Assembly (NCBI GenBank): GCA_963758495.1
Contig: CAVWVI010000004.1
Coordinates: forward strand, 704,001-768,000
Direction of reading: 5' to 3'
Source: Oligoflexia bacterium
Lineage (GTDB): Bacteria; Bdellovibrionota; UBA1018
DNA length: 64,000 nt
The notes under the pieces were generated by a model that was not told the origin of the DNA, searched no databases, and saw only the letters and a program-made list of their open reading frames with translations. The translations under genes were made by a program, and so were the position numbers. Positions 9,681 to 18,032 of this stretch are shown here, piece by piece. Position 1 is the first letter of the stretch; each line of letters begins with the position of its first letter.

Positions 9681-9745
9681 TTCAGCAGTCATATGAATCA
9701 TATCTTTACCGACTAGAAATTATTTCCTACAGCAACGACAAATTT

Positions 9746-10405
9746 TTATGCTGCCAAACAAACTTCATATTCTCTTTCATTTTTGATCATTGAGTAAATT
9801 TTACAAATCAACTTTCTTGCAACTGCAACTATTGCCTTTTTCTTACTCCCTGATTGTTTCGCGATCCGCTCGAAAAATAACTTCATATTTTCGTCCTTAC
9901 CGATGAGGTACCAGGAAGCTTGAACTAGGTACATTCTCAACGTCGGATTCCCCTGGCCCGTAATTCGCCCTCGATGAATACTCTCTCCAGAGGAATACTC
10001 AGATGGAGTGAGCCCCAAAAATGCCGCTACTTGCTTCTCATTGCTAAACCTTTTCCAATCGCCAACTTCGAAAGCCAAGGAGGCTGCGATTAGGGGGCCG
10101 ACACCTAGAACTGACTGGATAATCTTAAAATTCTTACTGAAGTTTTTGGTTTCTTCGATTTTCAAGTATTCTGACTCCAACTCCTTGAGCTGCTTATTAA
10201 TCAAGTCGATTTCTTCTAAGAATAGCTTCAGAGAGAGTCTGGCCATCGATGGCACTTCCATTTTTAGAATCTCGGCGGCCACTTGTTTGCTAATACCCCG
10301 AGTATTCAAGTAAATTACGAACCATTTGAGACATTGAAAAGCTAATCTGTTCAGGAGTTTTTCCCAATAGGGAGCCTGAACGTAAAAGAAAAGACTGGAG
10401 TCCAA
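9746..10405 (-). mobile_element. IS110-family transposase, C-terminal half only (N-terminal DEDD/RuvC domain missing)
   Basis: SVLGVGPLIA, EVGDWKRFSNEKQVAAFLGLTPSEYSSG, GRITGQGNPTLRMYLVQASW, KKKAIVAVARKL; no DEDD N-terminus upstream. Confidence 0.9.
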
Positions 10406-10428
10406 AATTAAGACTACTCTTTTAGATT

Positions 10429-10618
10429 GAGAAAGTTTCAGGATCGATTCGAGCCCAAGGAGGTAAGAGGTCTTTTGTGTTTCTGGGTCGAGTGTCGGAA
10501 AATTGCATTCTTAATGGAATCGGAGCGTCTTGGTCTCTTATGATCCAGAGTTTTTCATTTCCTTTTTGTATCGGCTTAATGCTTAGGCCCCCTCCAGCTC
10601 CGTTAACCTCATTTGATG
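10429..10618 (-). repeat. Decayed inverted copy of 12874-13061 (internal part of CDS 12388-13206)
   Basis: Reverse complement aligns to 12874-13061 with two identical blocks of about 49 nt plus a few substitutions and small indels. Confidence 0.95.
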
Positions 10619-10650
10619 TATCTGTGCTGTCGAACTGTGGTGGGTCATGA

Positions 10651-10713
10651 CCATAGCGGTGTAACTCCTAGAAGTTTATTTAGGAGCCTTTCGGTCGTGA
10701 AAGGCCCGCATGG
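10651..10713 (-). promoter_or_regulatory. Three-way-junction RNA leader sequestering an SD and ATG
   Basis: Minus strand CCATGCGG-GCCTTTC(ACGACC)GAAAGG-CTCCTA(AATAAACTTC)TAGGAG-TTACA-CCGCTATGG. Confidence 0.45.
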
Positions 10714-10727
10714 GGTATCCTCTTCGT

Positions 10728-11456
10728 TTACGGAGGGAAGGACGTCAAAATCGCATTATAAATCCAGTCAACAGCCTTGGATTCCTGGCTCGTATCAATG
10801 CGATTAAATAGACTAGAAATCTGAATTTCTGGATTACCATCTAGATTTATAAAATTGTACGATTGTCCTGTTCCAGTACTAGTGAATACTTTTAAATAAT
10901 CGAAATCAGGATCAGCGTGACACCTATTGTACTCACGTCCATTTGTCACAAATTTTACCATACTATCAATAGCACTGCGAAAGTCATCAGACCCAGCCGT
11001 ACTATGTCCTGGATTGTTAAACACTGGCGCAATGTCATGATGCCCAAAGTAAGATCCATTTACTTTCGAAATGATAAGCCTGAAATAGGATTTCAAAAAA
11101 ACTGAAACAAACTTCTGGTCATCTAGATCCCATGTAAAATCTTGGCCAAATCGCAAAATACGCCCACGCCAGTTGTTTTCTAGACTGGATGACTCTCGAT
11201 CAATTAGAGTACTTTGCTCAAGTTCGTCGAGGGTCATATAAAAGCGATGGTCAAAATCATTAATACCATGACCTTTCATGAGTTGTGAAAGTTGCTCATC
11301 GTGGTTCTGTTGCAGCCCTGTTATAAATAATGATCTTGGTTTCGTAATATGCCCCAGTTTTAAATTTTGGGAATTAATTCTGATCTCGAAGGAACTAAGA
11401 ACCCCTTTCTCCTCAAAAAATTTCCGCAGGGAAGCAAGGAGTACTGATCGTTTCAT
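10728..11456 (-). CDS. Hypothetical protein, translationally coupled to the AbiGi-like gene
   Basis: 242-aa ORF; ATGA overlap with the upstream stop and purine-rich SD; no family recognised. Confidence 0.8.
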   Translation of the reverse strand: MKRSVLLASLRKFFEEKGVLSSFEIRINSQNLKLGHITKPRSLFITGLQQNHDEQLSQLMKGHGINDFDHRFYMTLDELEQSTLIDRESSSLENNWRGRILRFGQDFTWDLDDQKFVSVFLKSYFRLIISKVNGSYFGHHDIAPVFNNPGHSTAGSDDFRSAIDSMVKFVTNGREYNRCHADPDFDYLKVFTSTGTGQSYNFINLDGNPEIQISSLFNRIDTSQESKAVDWIYNAILTSFPP

Positions 11457-12244
11457 TTCCCACTTCCCTTCTTTTCTGGCGTTCTTCGAAAGAGATCGTC
11501 GGCTACAATCATTCCAACACCTTTCTCGATAAGACCAATTGTTTTTGGGAAACGAGCTTTATCAACATACGTTCGCGAAGGAAGAAGGATAAATGCAATT
11601 TCGTCGAGAGAAAGTGTAATTGGAGTCACTGACCGCCATTCCCTTTCTTCATAAATTGATTCAAAATGTTCGGCATTATGACCTTCAGGGGGATCGATTG
11701 AATCATTTAGATGGGTCGGGACCTTTGTAAAGGGATCAAGTTCAATCACGTTATCTAATTTTTTCCAGAGACGATTATTTTCAAGACTCAGGTGAAACAA
11801 CGAAAGATGAGGAAAATATCTCACAGGCATTATTCCAAACTCTGGATACTTAGACACGCTTCTTCTACGTATTCCTACTCCGATGTTTCCATATTTACAC
11901 ATATGAATTGGCAAATGCGGTATTGGTATGTCACAGAAGCACACAGCCCTCGGTTCATGCACTCTAAAGTGAATGATGTCCTGCAATGTACTCGCATCCT
12001 GAATACCAAACGTTTTCTCATAAAGGGTCAATATTCTCAAATAATATTGGGAGTCTTCAATATATGGAGCAAGGCGCAATCTTTTGCCATCATCGGAAAT
12101 ATAAGTCTCTAATCGGTTTATGGCTTTTTCCTCTGAGAAGCTTTCAAAACTTCTTGGTCCAATAAAATGCCAAAGGATATCTGACACATGGCTCAAACTT
12201 TCATATTGAGTCAATGAGTTTATGATTGGCGTGTCGGGTGACAT
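11453..12244 (-). CDS. AbiGi-family (abortive infection) protein
   Basis: LWHF, AVCFCDIP...HMCKYG.IGVG, PVRY, YEEREWR. ATG 12244 preferred over 12394 because of the promoter position and overlap with the divergent gene. Confidence 0.75.
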   Translation of the reverse strand: MSPDTPIINSLTQYESLSHVSDILWHFIGPRSFESFSEEKAINRLETYISDDGKRLRLAPYIEDSQYYLRILTLYEKTFGIQDASTLQDIIHFRVHEPRAVCFCDIPIPHLPIHMCKYGNIGVGIRRRSVSKYPEFGIMPVRYFPHLSLFHLSLENNRLWKKLDNVIELDPFTKVPTHLNDSIDPPEGHNAEHFESIYEEREWRSVTPITLSLDEIAFILLPSRTYVDKARFPKTIGLIEKGVGMIVADDLFRRTPEKKGSGK

Positions 12245-12250
12245 TGACAC

Positions 12251-12279
12251 AGAATATCTCAGTAACTTCGAGTGAACAA
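12251..12279 (-). promoter_or_regulatory. Sigma-70-like promoter, probably leaderless, for the AbiGi-like operon
   Basis: TTGTTC-N17-TATTCT, 6 nt before ATG 12244; no SD. Confidence 0.55.
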
Positions 12280-12387
12280 GTCTCAAGGGGATTGTAATCT
12301 CACACCTCTTTCTAGGAAATAGAATAGTGCTGAGTAGGGCTGATACAATCTTTGGCAAAGGACCATTTATTGCTAGACATTCTCGCC

Positions 12388-13206
12388 ATGACAAGAAGTA
12401 TTATCCTTTGCATACTCTTGCTTTTGAACTTCCAAGCCAATGCCAGTATGAGTTATACAGAGCAAACTCCTCGACTGACAGATTCCGATCGGGCTTCTGT
12501 ACGCTATCATCTTGAAAATCTTTTTAATGAAGTAGATCTCCTGATTAAAAATCAAAAGATCAATCGAGCCGATGTCAAAAGACAAGAACGAGATTTTGCC
12601 GATCTGAAAATATATGAAAGAATCCCTTTTCAAGGGGATCTGGCTGGACTGAAGGAAACCTTGACTCAATCAGCTGAAAAGTTTCAACTCAAGGTGAAAG
12701 ACTTTAAGCTCGTCCGATTTTCAGGGCCTGGCAAACCTATTCCTCAATGGATTTATACGGATCAATCTGAATTTCATCTGAGTGAAGACCAGTTGGTAGA
12801 ACTGATCTATTTTCAATTGAAAACCACTGGAACTCTAAAAATGATCACCCAGTGGACCCAATCTTGGCCCAATCATCAAATGAGATTAACGGAGCTGGAC
12901 GGGGGCCTGAGCATTAAGCCGATACAAAAAGGAAATGAAAAACTCTGGATCATAAGAGGCCACGCTTTCCGATTCCGTAAAATACAATTTCCGACACTCG
13001 TACCCAGAAACCCAAAAGACCTCTTACCTCCTTGGGCTCGAATCGATCCTGAAACTTTCTCTAAATCCGAACCTTTTTTATGGAATTTTGTTAAAAAAAT
13101 CCAAATACTTGTCCCAAAGACTCGGTCTTGTTACGAAAATCTCGAACAATTTTCTCTTAATGACGCCCGAATGACGTTTTTCCTTTCCAAATTCAAGACA
13201 CACTAA
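12388..13206 (+). CDS. Hypothetical exported protein, first gene of an operon with a CheY-like and an Hpt-like gene
   Basis: ATG 12388 gives signal peptide MTRSIILCILLLLNFQANA. Confidence 0.7.
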   Translation: MTRSIILCILLLLNFQANASMSYTEQTPRLTDSDRASVRYHLENLFNEVDLLIKNQKINRADVKRQERDFADLKIYERIPFQGDLAGLKETLTQSAEKFQLKVKDFKLVRFSGPGKPIPQWIYTDQSEFHLSEDQLVELIYFQLKTTGTLKMITQWTQSWPNHQMRLTELDGGLSIKPIQKGNEKLWIIRGHAFRFRKIQFPTLVPRNPKDLLPPWARIDPETFSKSEPFLWNFVKKIQILVPKTRSCYENLEQFSLNDARMTFFLSKFKTH

Positions 13207-13220
13207 GAAACTGAGAGTCT

Positions 13221-13613
13221 ATGCTCCGAACAGAAGTCAAAATACTGGTCGTGGATGATGTCAGTGCAGTGCGAAGCCAAATTCGAAGCTTATTGAAGAG
13301 TTTTGGCTTTCAATTAGTAACCGTGGCCGAAAGTGGGTTAACGGCCCAAAAACTCATTAATGCCGGTAAATACGATTTAATCCTGAGTGATTGGCATATG
13401 GAGCCCATGAACGGCCTGCAGCTTCTCAAATATCTCAAAAGCAAACCTGAGACCGCTCAGATTCCCTTCATTATGGTCACTGCAGAAAACACTAAAACGA
13501 AAGTCGTGGAGGCCATAAAATTAGGAATCGATGATTATCTCATCAAACCTCTCACGATCGAGCAAATCGAAGAAAAAGTGCATAAAGTACTCATTAGAAG
13601 GCAAATATTATGA
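13221..13613 (+). CDS. CheY-like single-domain response regulator
   Basis: ILVVDD, LILSDWHMEPMNGLQLL, MVTAE, YLIKP. Confidence 0.9.
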   Translation: MLRTEVKILVVDDVSAVRSQIRSLLKSFGFQLVTVAESGLTAQKLINAGKYDLILSDWHMEPMNGLQLLKYLKSKPETAQIPFIMVTAENTKTKVVEAIKLGIDDYLIKPLTIEQIEEKVHKVLIRRQIL

Positions 13614-14071
13614 CTCATTTCAATCCAGCTCAGCATGAAAAAATACGAGAGTTTATTGATGAACTCAATGGCTTTGCCAACATCGCCGAAGACAATTTAA
13701 AAAAAATTGAAGGTGACCCTGATGGTCAGAAGCATCTTTTTTCAGTATTCTATGAAAGAATGTTTGCAATCCGAGGCACAGCGCAACAACTCAACCTCCC
13801 TCATATTGCAAAAATAGCCGGACTTGGCGAAGAGATCTCTCTAAAAGGAGAACAAGCCCCGAGCCGGCCTCAGATCAGAAAATGCGTAGGGAGTCTTTGG
13901 GATGCGCTCACAACCGTTAAATACCTGTTGCAACATTTCGAAGAGGAAACAAACGAAGAGCAAACCATTCTCATTCATCGACTTGAACACACCCTTAAAG
14001 CACTTGGGGGCGCAAGACAAACCATGAACAGCGATGAAATTGAGAAAATGTTGCACCACGAGAAATCCTAA
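13610..14071 (+). CDS. Hpt-like helical protein lacking the canonical phospho-His
   Basis: EFIDE...ERMFAIRGTAQQLNLPHIAKIAGLGEEI aligns with Hpt (R..H.IKG.A..LG...IA.LAH.LE); coupled to the CheY-like gene. Confidence 0.6.
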   Translation: MTHFNPAQHEKIREFIDELNGFANIAEDNLKKIEGDPDGQKHLFSVFYERMFAIRGTAQQLNLPHIAKIAGLGEEISLKGEQAPSRPQIRKCVGSLWDALTTVKYLLQHFEEETNEEQTILIHRLEHTLKALGGARQTMNSDEIEKMLHHEKS

Positions 14072-14165
14072 AACTAAAACCAGACAGATTCCTGTTGTTT
14101 TCACAGGAAACATTGGAAAAATCGGGTGTTTATTGAAAATCCTGTGAAAATAACAGGATTTTGCC

Positions 14166-15854
14166 TTACAATAATTTATGTTTGTAATGAACACCCGTCA
14201 CAACTAAAACATAGAGAAGTTGAGCGGATACAAAACCTACAACCCAAGGTGTTCCACCCGTCGAAAATCCATAAGAATGAAGTCCGACACCCAAAACAAA
14301 ATTCACTCCATACCACGCCATCACTACCGACATAAAACTGATAGCGGACCAAGCGGCAAATCCAAATTGGCCTACCCAATTTGTAAATCGACCATGTAGA
14401 ATCACCAAATAACATAACAAAGTGATTAAAGCCCAAACCTCTTTAGGATCCCAACCCCAGAAACGACCCCAAGAGTAATCTGCCCAAATACCACCCAGAA
14501 TTGTGCCCGCAGCAATCAAAACAACACCAAATTGCATCGCTCTATAGGTCAGTTGATTGAGAGAAGCAATTTTCTGCCCCTTCCCCTTCTGTTTTCTAAG
14601 AAAATGAAAAAGAGTGATATTGGCAAGTCCAAGAGTCAGTGCAAAAGCAGCATATCCTAAAGTGATAGTCAAAACATGGATAGTCAGCCAATAATTACTT
14701 CGTAGAACTGGTACTAAGGGATGAATCGAAGAGTCTAGTATTGCCGGTGCCGAATCACCCGCAATGAGTCCGAACATGGCCAAAGTACTTGCAACGGCTA
14801 AAATCACTCCCTGCTTATGAATTCCATATAGAATTGCTGCAAAAGCGATGACCCCGAAGCTCACCCAAATCACCGACTCATACATATTCGTCACAGGAGG
14901 ACGACCGGCAATAAAACAACGTAAAATAATTCCAAAAACTTGGCTTGCGGCAGCAATCGCCGTCAAACCTAAAGCCACTTTTGTCATTTTTTGAACCCAT
15001 TGAGGGCGGGTCAGGAAATGAGTTAAAATCCAGCCTAAAGCTGCCAATAAATAGAAAATCCAAGCGATCATAAAGGGGTGAGATCGATTATATAAGGACT
15101 CAGCGGCTACTACTTTCTTTTGGGTTTCGTTATAATGAGGGATCTCTTCCTCAATTGCCGAACGGAGTAAAAGAGAAGCCTGTTCAAATGCTTTGGAATC
15201 TGCAGCCTGATAAGCTGTTAAGACTTCAACAAATTGGCTTCGGATTAAATTACCTTCAGGATCCTTATCCACTAAGCTAGTCCACGCGGCGGGAGCAGGC
15301 TTAGGAATCAAAAGCCACCCTTGTCCTGAAATTAAATTATGAAATAATCCAATTCGATCTAAGACTGCTTTTAATTCCTGGTCTCTCGGGTTTGCTTTGG
15401 GTGCTCCAGGAGGTTCTGTCCCTTGAGTACTGATTCCACTCCGCTCAGCATACTGAATTAAACTTGTATTTCTATATAACTCTTGAGGAGAAAATAAAGT
15501 CCGTCCAACTTCTAAGCCTAGTTGTCTACGAACATCTTCTCTGCCTACTCGAATAAACGGTTTTTGATCCCAATAAGCAGGCGCTCCAATCCAAGAGAAA
15601 ATAAGATCTAAAGGCTCCCAATGCTCAAAACTCCGTGAACCCGTTTCATAAAGCACAACCTCGCGAGCAAAAGAATCAAGAGGTTTAATCCGACCTCCAC
15701 TTTGAACTGGCGCAAGACCTATCGAGGTAAAAGACCAACTCTTTGGCTGAGGATCGATATTTCCCGCTTCGCCCGCATGAGCCCATGAAGAAGAGGCGCA
15801 TAAATTTAAAGTTAAAAGGAATAGAATCCAAATTCTTAATACTACTATTTTCAT
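14166..15854 (-). CDS. ccsA: Cytochrome c biogenesis system II protein CcsA/ResC
   Basis: PPVTNMYES, PVLRSNYWLTIHV, GGIWADYSWGRFWGWDPKEVW, GLHSY. Confidence 0.95.
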   Translation of the reverse strand: MKIVVLRIWILFLLTLNLCASSSWAHAGEAGNIDPQPKSWSFTSIGLAPVQSGGRIKPLDSFAREVVLYETGSRSFEHWEPLDLIFSWIGAPAYWDQKPFIRVGREDVRRQLGLEVGRTLFSPQELYRNTSLIQYAERSGISTQGTEPPGAPKANPRDQELKAVLDRIGLFHNLISGQGWLLIPKPAPAAWTSLVDKDPEGNLIRSQFVEVLTAYQAADSKAFEQASLLLRSAIEEEIPHYNETQKKVVAAESLYNRSHPFMIAWIFYLLAALGWILTHFLTRPQWVQKMTKVALGLTAIAAASQVFGIILRCFIAGRPPVTNMYESVIWVSFGVIAFAAILYGIHKQGVILAVASTLAMFGLIAGDSAPAILDSSIHPLVPVLRSNYWLTIHVLTITLGYAAFALTLGLANITLFHFLRKQKGKGQKIASLNQLTYRAMQFGVVLIAAGTILGGIWADYSWGRFWGWDPKEVWALITLLCYLVILHGRFTNWVGQFGFAAWSAISFMSVVMAWYGVNFVLGVGLHSYGFSTGGTPWVVGFVSAQLLYVLVVTGVHYKHKLL

Positions 15855-17350
15855 AAAGCAAGTACCTCTGAAGCAGACCCTTTACGAACAAGAGACTGAG
15901 AAGCGACACTTTTTTTCGCCAAAGTTTTTTTATTTTTTCGTTTATATTTTTGGCCAAAAAGTAAAACTGAACCCATCACGATGAATAGAGACCCCAGGTA
16001 CTTCCAAAGCCTTCCAGGATCACGATTCACAGCAAAGATCGATGTAACCGGACGAGGCTCCCCTTCTTCATAGCTCGCTTGATAAACCGTATACCCATGA
16101 AGCTCCAGGGGCTCATTCATACTAATATTGGCCTCTTTTTGACCCTGGCCATCGAGAACTGTAACCCGTGAAGAATAGGCAGCAGGATTTAAAGTGCCTT
16201 GATCATGGTCTACTGTAAAACGTTCTAACCGCAGTGAAAAGGGTAGAACTAATCGCTTTGGAAAATACCCAATCTCAACATCACGTCCATCCAGATGAAG
16301 TACGGCACGGTCTCCCAACCCGAGCCAAACATCAGCACTTTGCCCTGCAACCACATGAATCGCAGAAGAAGGCGCTTGACTCCCAAATTGAACTCGAGCC
16401 GGTTTGTATTGAGTGAGAGGCATTGCATGGGGCAATACTTCTTCTAGAGTGATCTTAACATCACCCTTCCATCCGGGGTGAATGACTTGGCCAATAATAT
16501 GATCTTTTCGAAAACTCCCCCGAACCACTTTTCCTAATGAAGAATGTGCAACGTAAGATAAACTGCCATCTTTTTCAATTTGCATGGCTAGCCAAGGCTG
16601 ATGGGGCTTGCTCTCTTCTGGTGAATTCTCTTTGCCCAATGAAAAGCGTGCCGGCCCCGCCTGGATTGTTCTCCATCCGGGTGCACCTTCCCAAAGCCAC
16701 ATTTCCTGAGTGATCCTCATTGGACCACCTGTAATTCGAAAACGGAGAGCAGCAGCCAATTTGTTATCTTCAGAAGGTGTGACTTGAAATTCAGGATTAG
16801 GTATAAAAGAAACGGTTGAATCCGCGTGCGACAAAAACTGATCCACTTTTAAGTCATAAGGCAATCCATAAGAGAAGAGTGAAAAGGGCGTGAACTTTAC
16901 ATTTGAAGGTAACCAGCGGATAGGAATGGAATGAACTTTATCCTGCTCACCGATCACGAGAGCTGCCGAATCTAACTCAACAATACTCCCCATTTCCCCT
17001 TCAGAAATTCTAAGATTTCCGTCGATTCCTCGTTGATCCGTTAATAATGACCCCGCCAGTAAAGTAAGAATCCCTACATGAGCCATTAAAAAAGCAGTAT
17101 GCTTCCACTTCCAGGGATAGCGACTGATTGCTACACATAAAATATTTAGCCCTAGGAGTACAAAAATTCCATGAAACCACCAGGATCGATAAATCCAGTA
17201 CTGTGCAGTAGGTGTATCATAAAGCGACTCAAGGAAAGTACCCACCCCAAGTGAAACCGCCAAAGAGAGAATGACCATGACGGCCAACTTCAAGGAAGAC
17301 AACGCCCAAAAAACTCTATCAAAAATCTTTGAGGCGATGCCTTGATTCAA
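15851..17350 (-). CDS. ccsB: Cytochrome c biogenesis protein CcsB/ResB
   Basis: LSSLKLAV, IYRSWWF, AHVGIL, ISMNEPL..HGYTVYQASY, VNRDPG; overlaps ccsA. Confidence 0.9.
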   Translation of the reverse strand: MNQGIASKIFDRVFWALSSLKLAVMVILSLAVSLGVGTFLESLYDTPTAQYWIYRSWWFHGIFVLLGLNILCVAISRYPWKWKHTAFLMAHVGILTLLAGSLLTDQRGIDGNLRISEGEMGSIVELDSAALVIGEQDKVHSIPIRWLPSNVKFTPFSLFSYGLPYDLKVDQFLSHADSTVSFIPNPEFQVTPSEDNKLAAALRFRITGGPMRITQEMWLWEGAPGWRTIQAGPARFSLGKENSPEESKPHQPWLAMQIEKDGSLSYVAHSSLGKVVRGSFRKDHIIGQVIHPGWKGDVKITLEEVLPHAMPLTQYKPARVQFGSQAPSSAIHVVAGQSADVWLGLGDRAVLHLDGRDVEIGYFPKRLVLPFSLRLERFTVDHDQGTLNPAAYSSRVTVLDGQGQKEANISMNEPLELHGYTVYQASYEEGEPRPVTSIFAVNRDPGRLWKYLGSLFIVMGSVLLFGQKYKRKNKKTLAKKSVASQSLVRKGSASEVLAL

Positions 17351-17386
17351 CTCATTCTCCTAATATTTACTACTGATTCAAGAAAT

Positions 17387-17980
17387 CTAAAGCTTTTGCA
17401 TTCCTGGTAACTCAAGAGCAATAGATTTTCCGAGATCTGGAAGTGTCAGACCTGCTTGGTAAAAAGCGACTCCGGCTAAATTGAGCACCTTTTTTTGAAC
17501 ATATCTTTCTCGTTGAAGTAATTCCTGAGGGAGATCCGTTCCAGTCAGGCTTTCATCAAAAATACGATCGTAGCTACTTTTGCGAAATAGCCCTACATTT
17601 CTACCGACCGCAAAAGCAGCCATTCGGCGTAATTTTTTAGCGTGGAACAGCCCTTGTCTCTGTCCTGGCCCTGTAAAATCAATCAATAGGTCTATCTTCT
17701 GGGGACAGGATGGTCCCATAGGGGTTCCTCCCGTACTTTGGAAAAACACAACAACATCTGGATAGGAAAGTACGATTTTTTGACGAAGCGCTTCGATATC
17801 ATAGACCATTCCACGAGAAGATAAGACTACAAGAACGAACTTAACTCCTGAAACCCTGTGGGACAAAACCTGTTCCTGTTCGGCCATCTGCGTCAAACGC
17901 ACTTCAGATTCCCGATCCACATTTTGGTTTGAACTTAAACTTGGTTGATTTTTCATAAAGGTCAGCATTTTCCTTATCAA
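17387..17980 (-). CDS. Hypothetical protein
   Basis: 197-aa ORF co-oriented in the operon; no family recognised. Confidence 0.6.
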   Translation of the reverse strand: MIRKMLTFMKNQPSLSSNQNVDRESEVRLTQMAEQEQVLSHRVSGVKFVLVVLSSRGMVYDIEALRQKIVLSYPDVVVFFQSTGGTPMGPSCPQKIDLLIDFTGPGQRQGLFHAKKLRRMAAFAVGRNVGLFRKSSYDRIFDESLTGTDLPQELLQRERYVQKKVLNLAGVAFYQAGLTLPDLGKSIALELPGMQKL

Positions 17981-18032
17981 ATATTCTTAAAATTGAAAAT
18001 ACTAAAACAGAACTGTCGGCAGTACTTACTTC

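Noticed and set aside
9669..10702. Shared 10-mer GGTCGTGAAA in the IS110 3' hairpin and the 10.7-kb hairpin as element ends
   Set aside because: Too short, no flanking similarity, and both copies are internal to stems.
12245..12394. 50-aa N-terminal extension of the AbiGi-like ORF
   Set aside because: Overlaps the divergent gene start and contains a well-spaced promoter pointing at ATG 12244.
10429..13061. Diversity-generating retroelement TR/VR pair
   Set aside because: Differences include indels and non-adenine positions, the matched region is mid-gene, and no reverse transcriptase is in the window.
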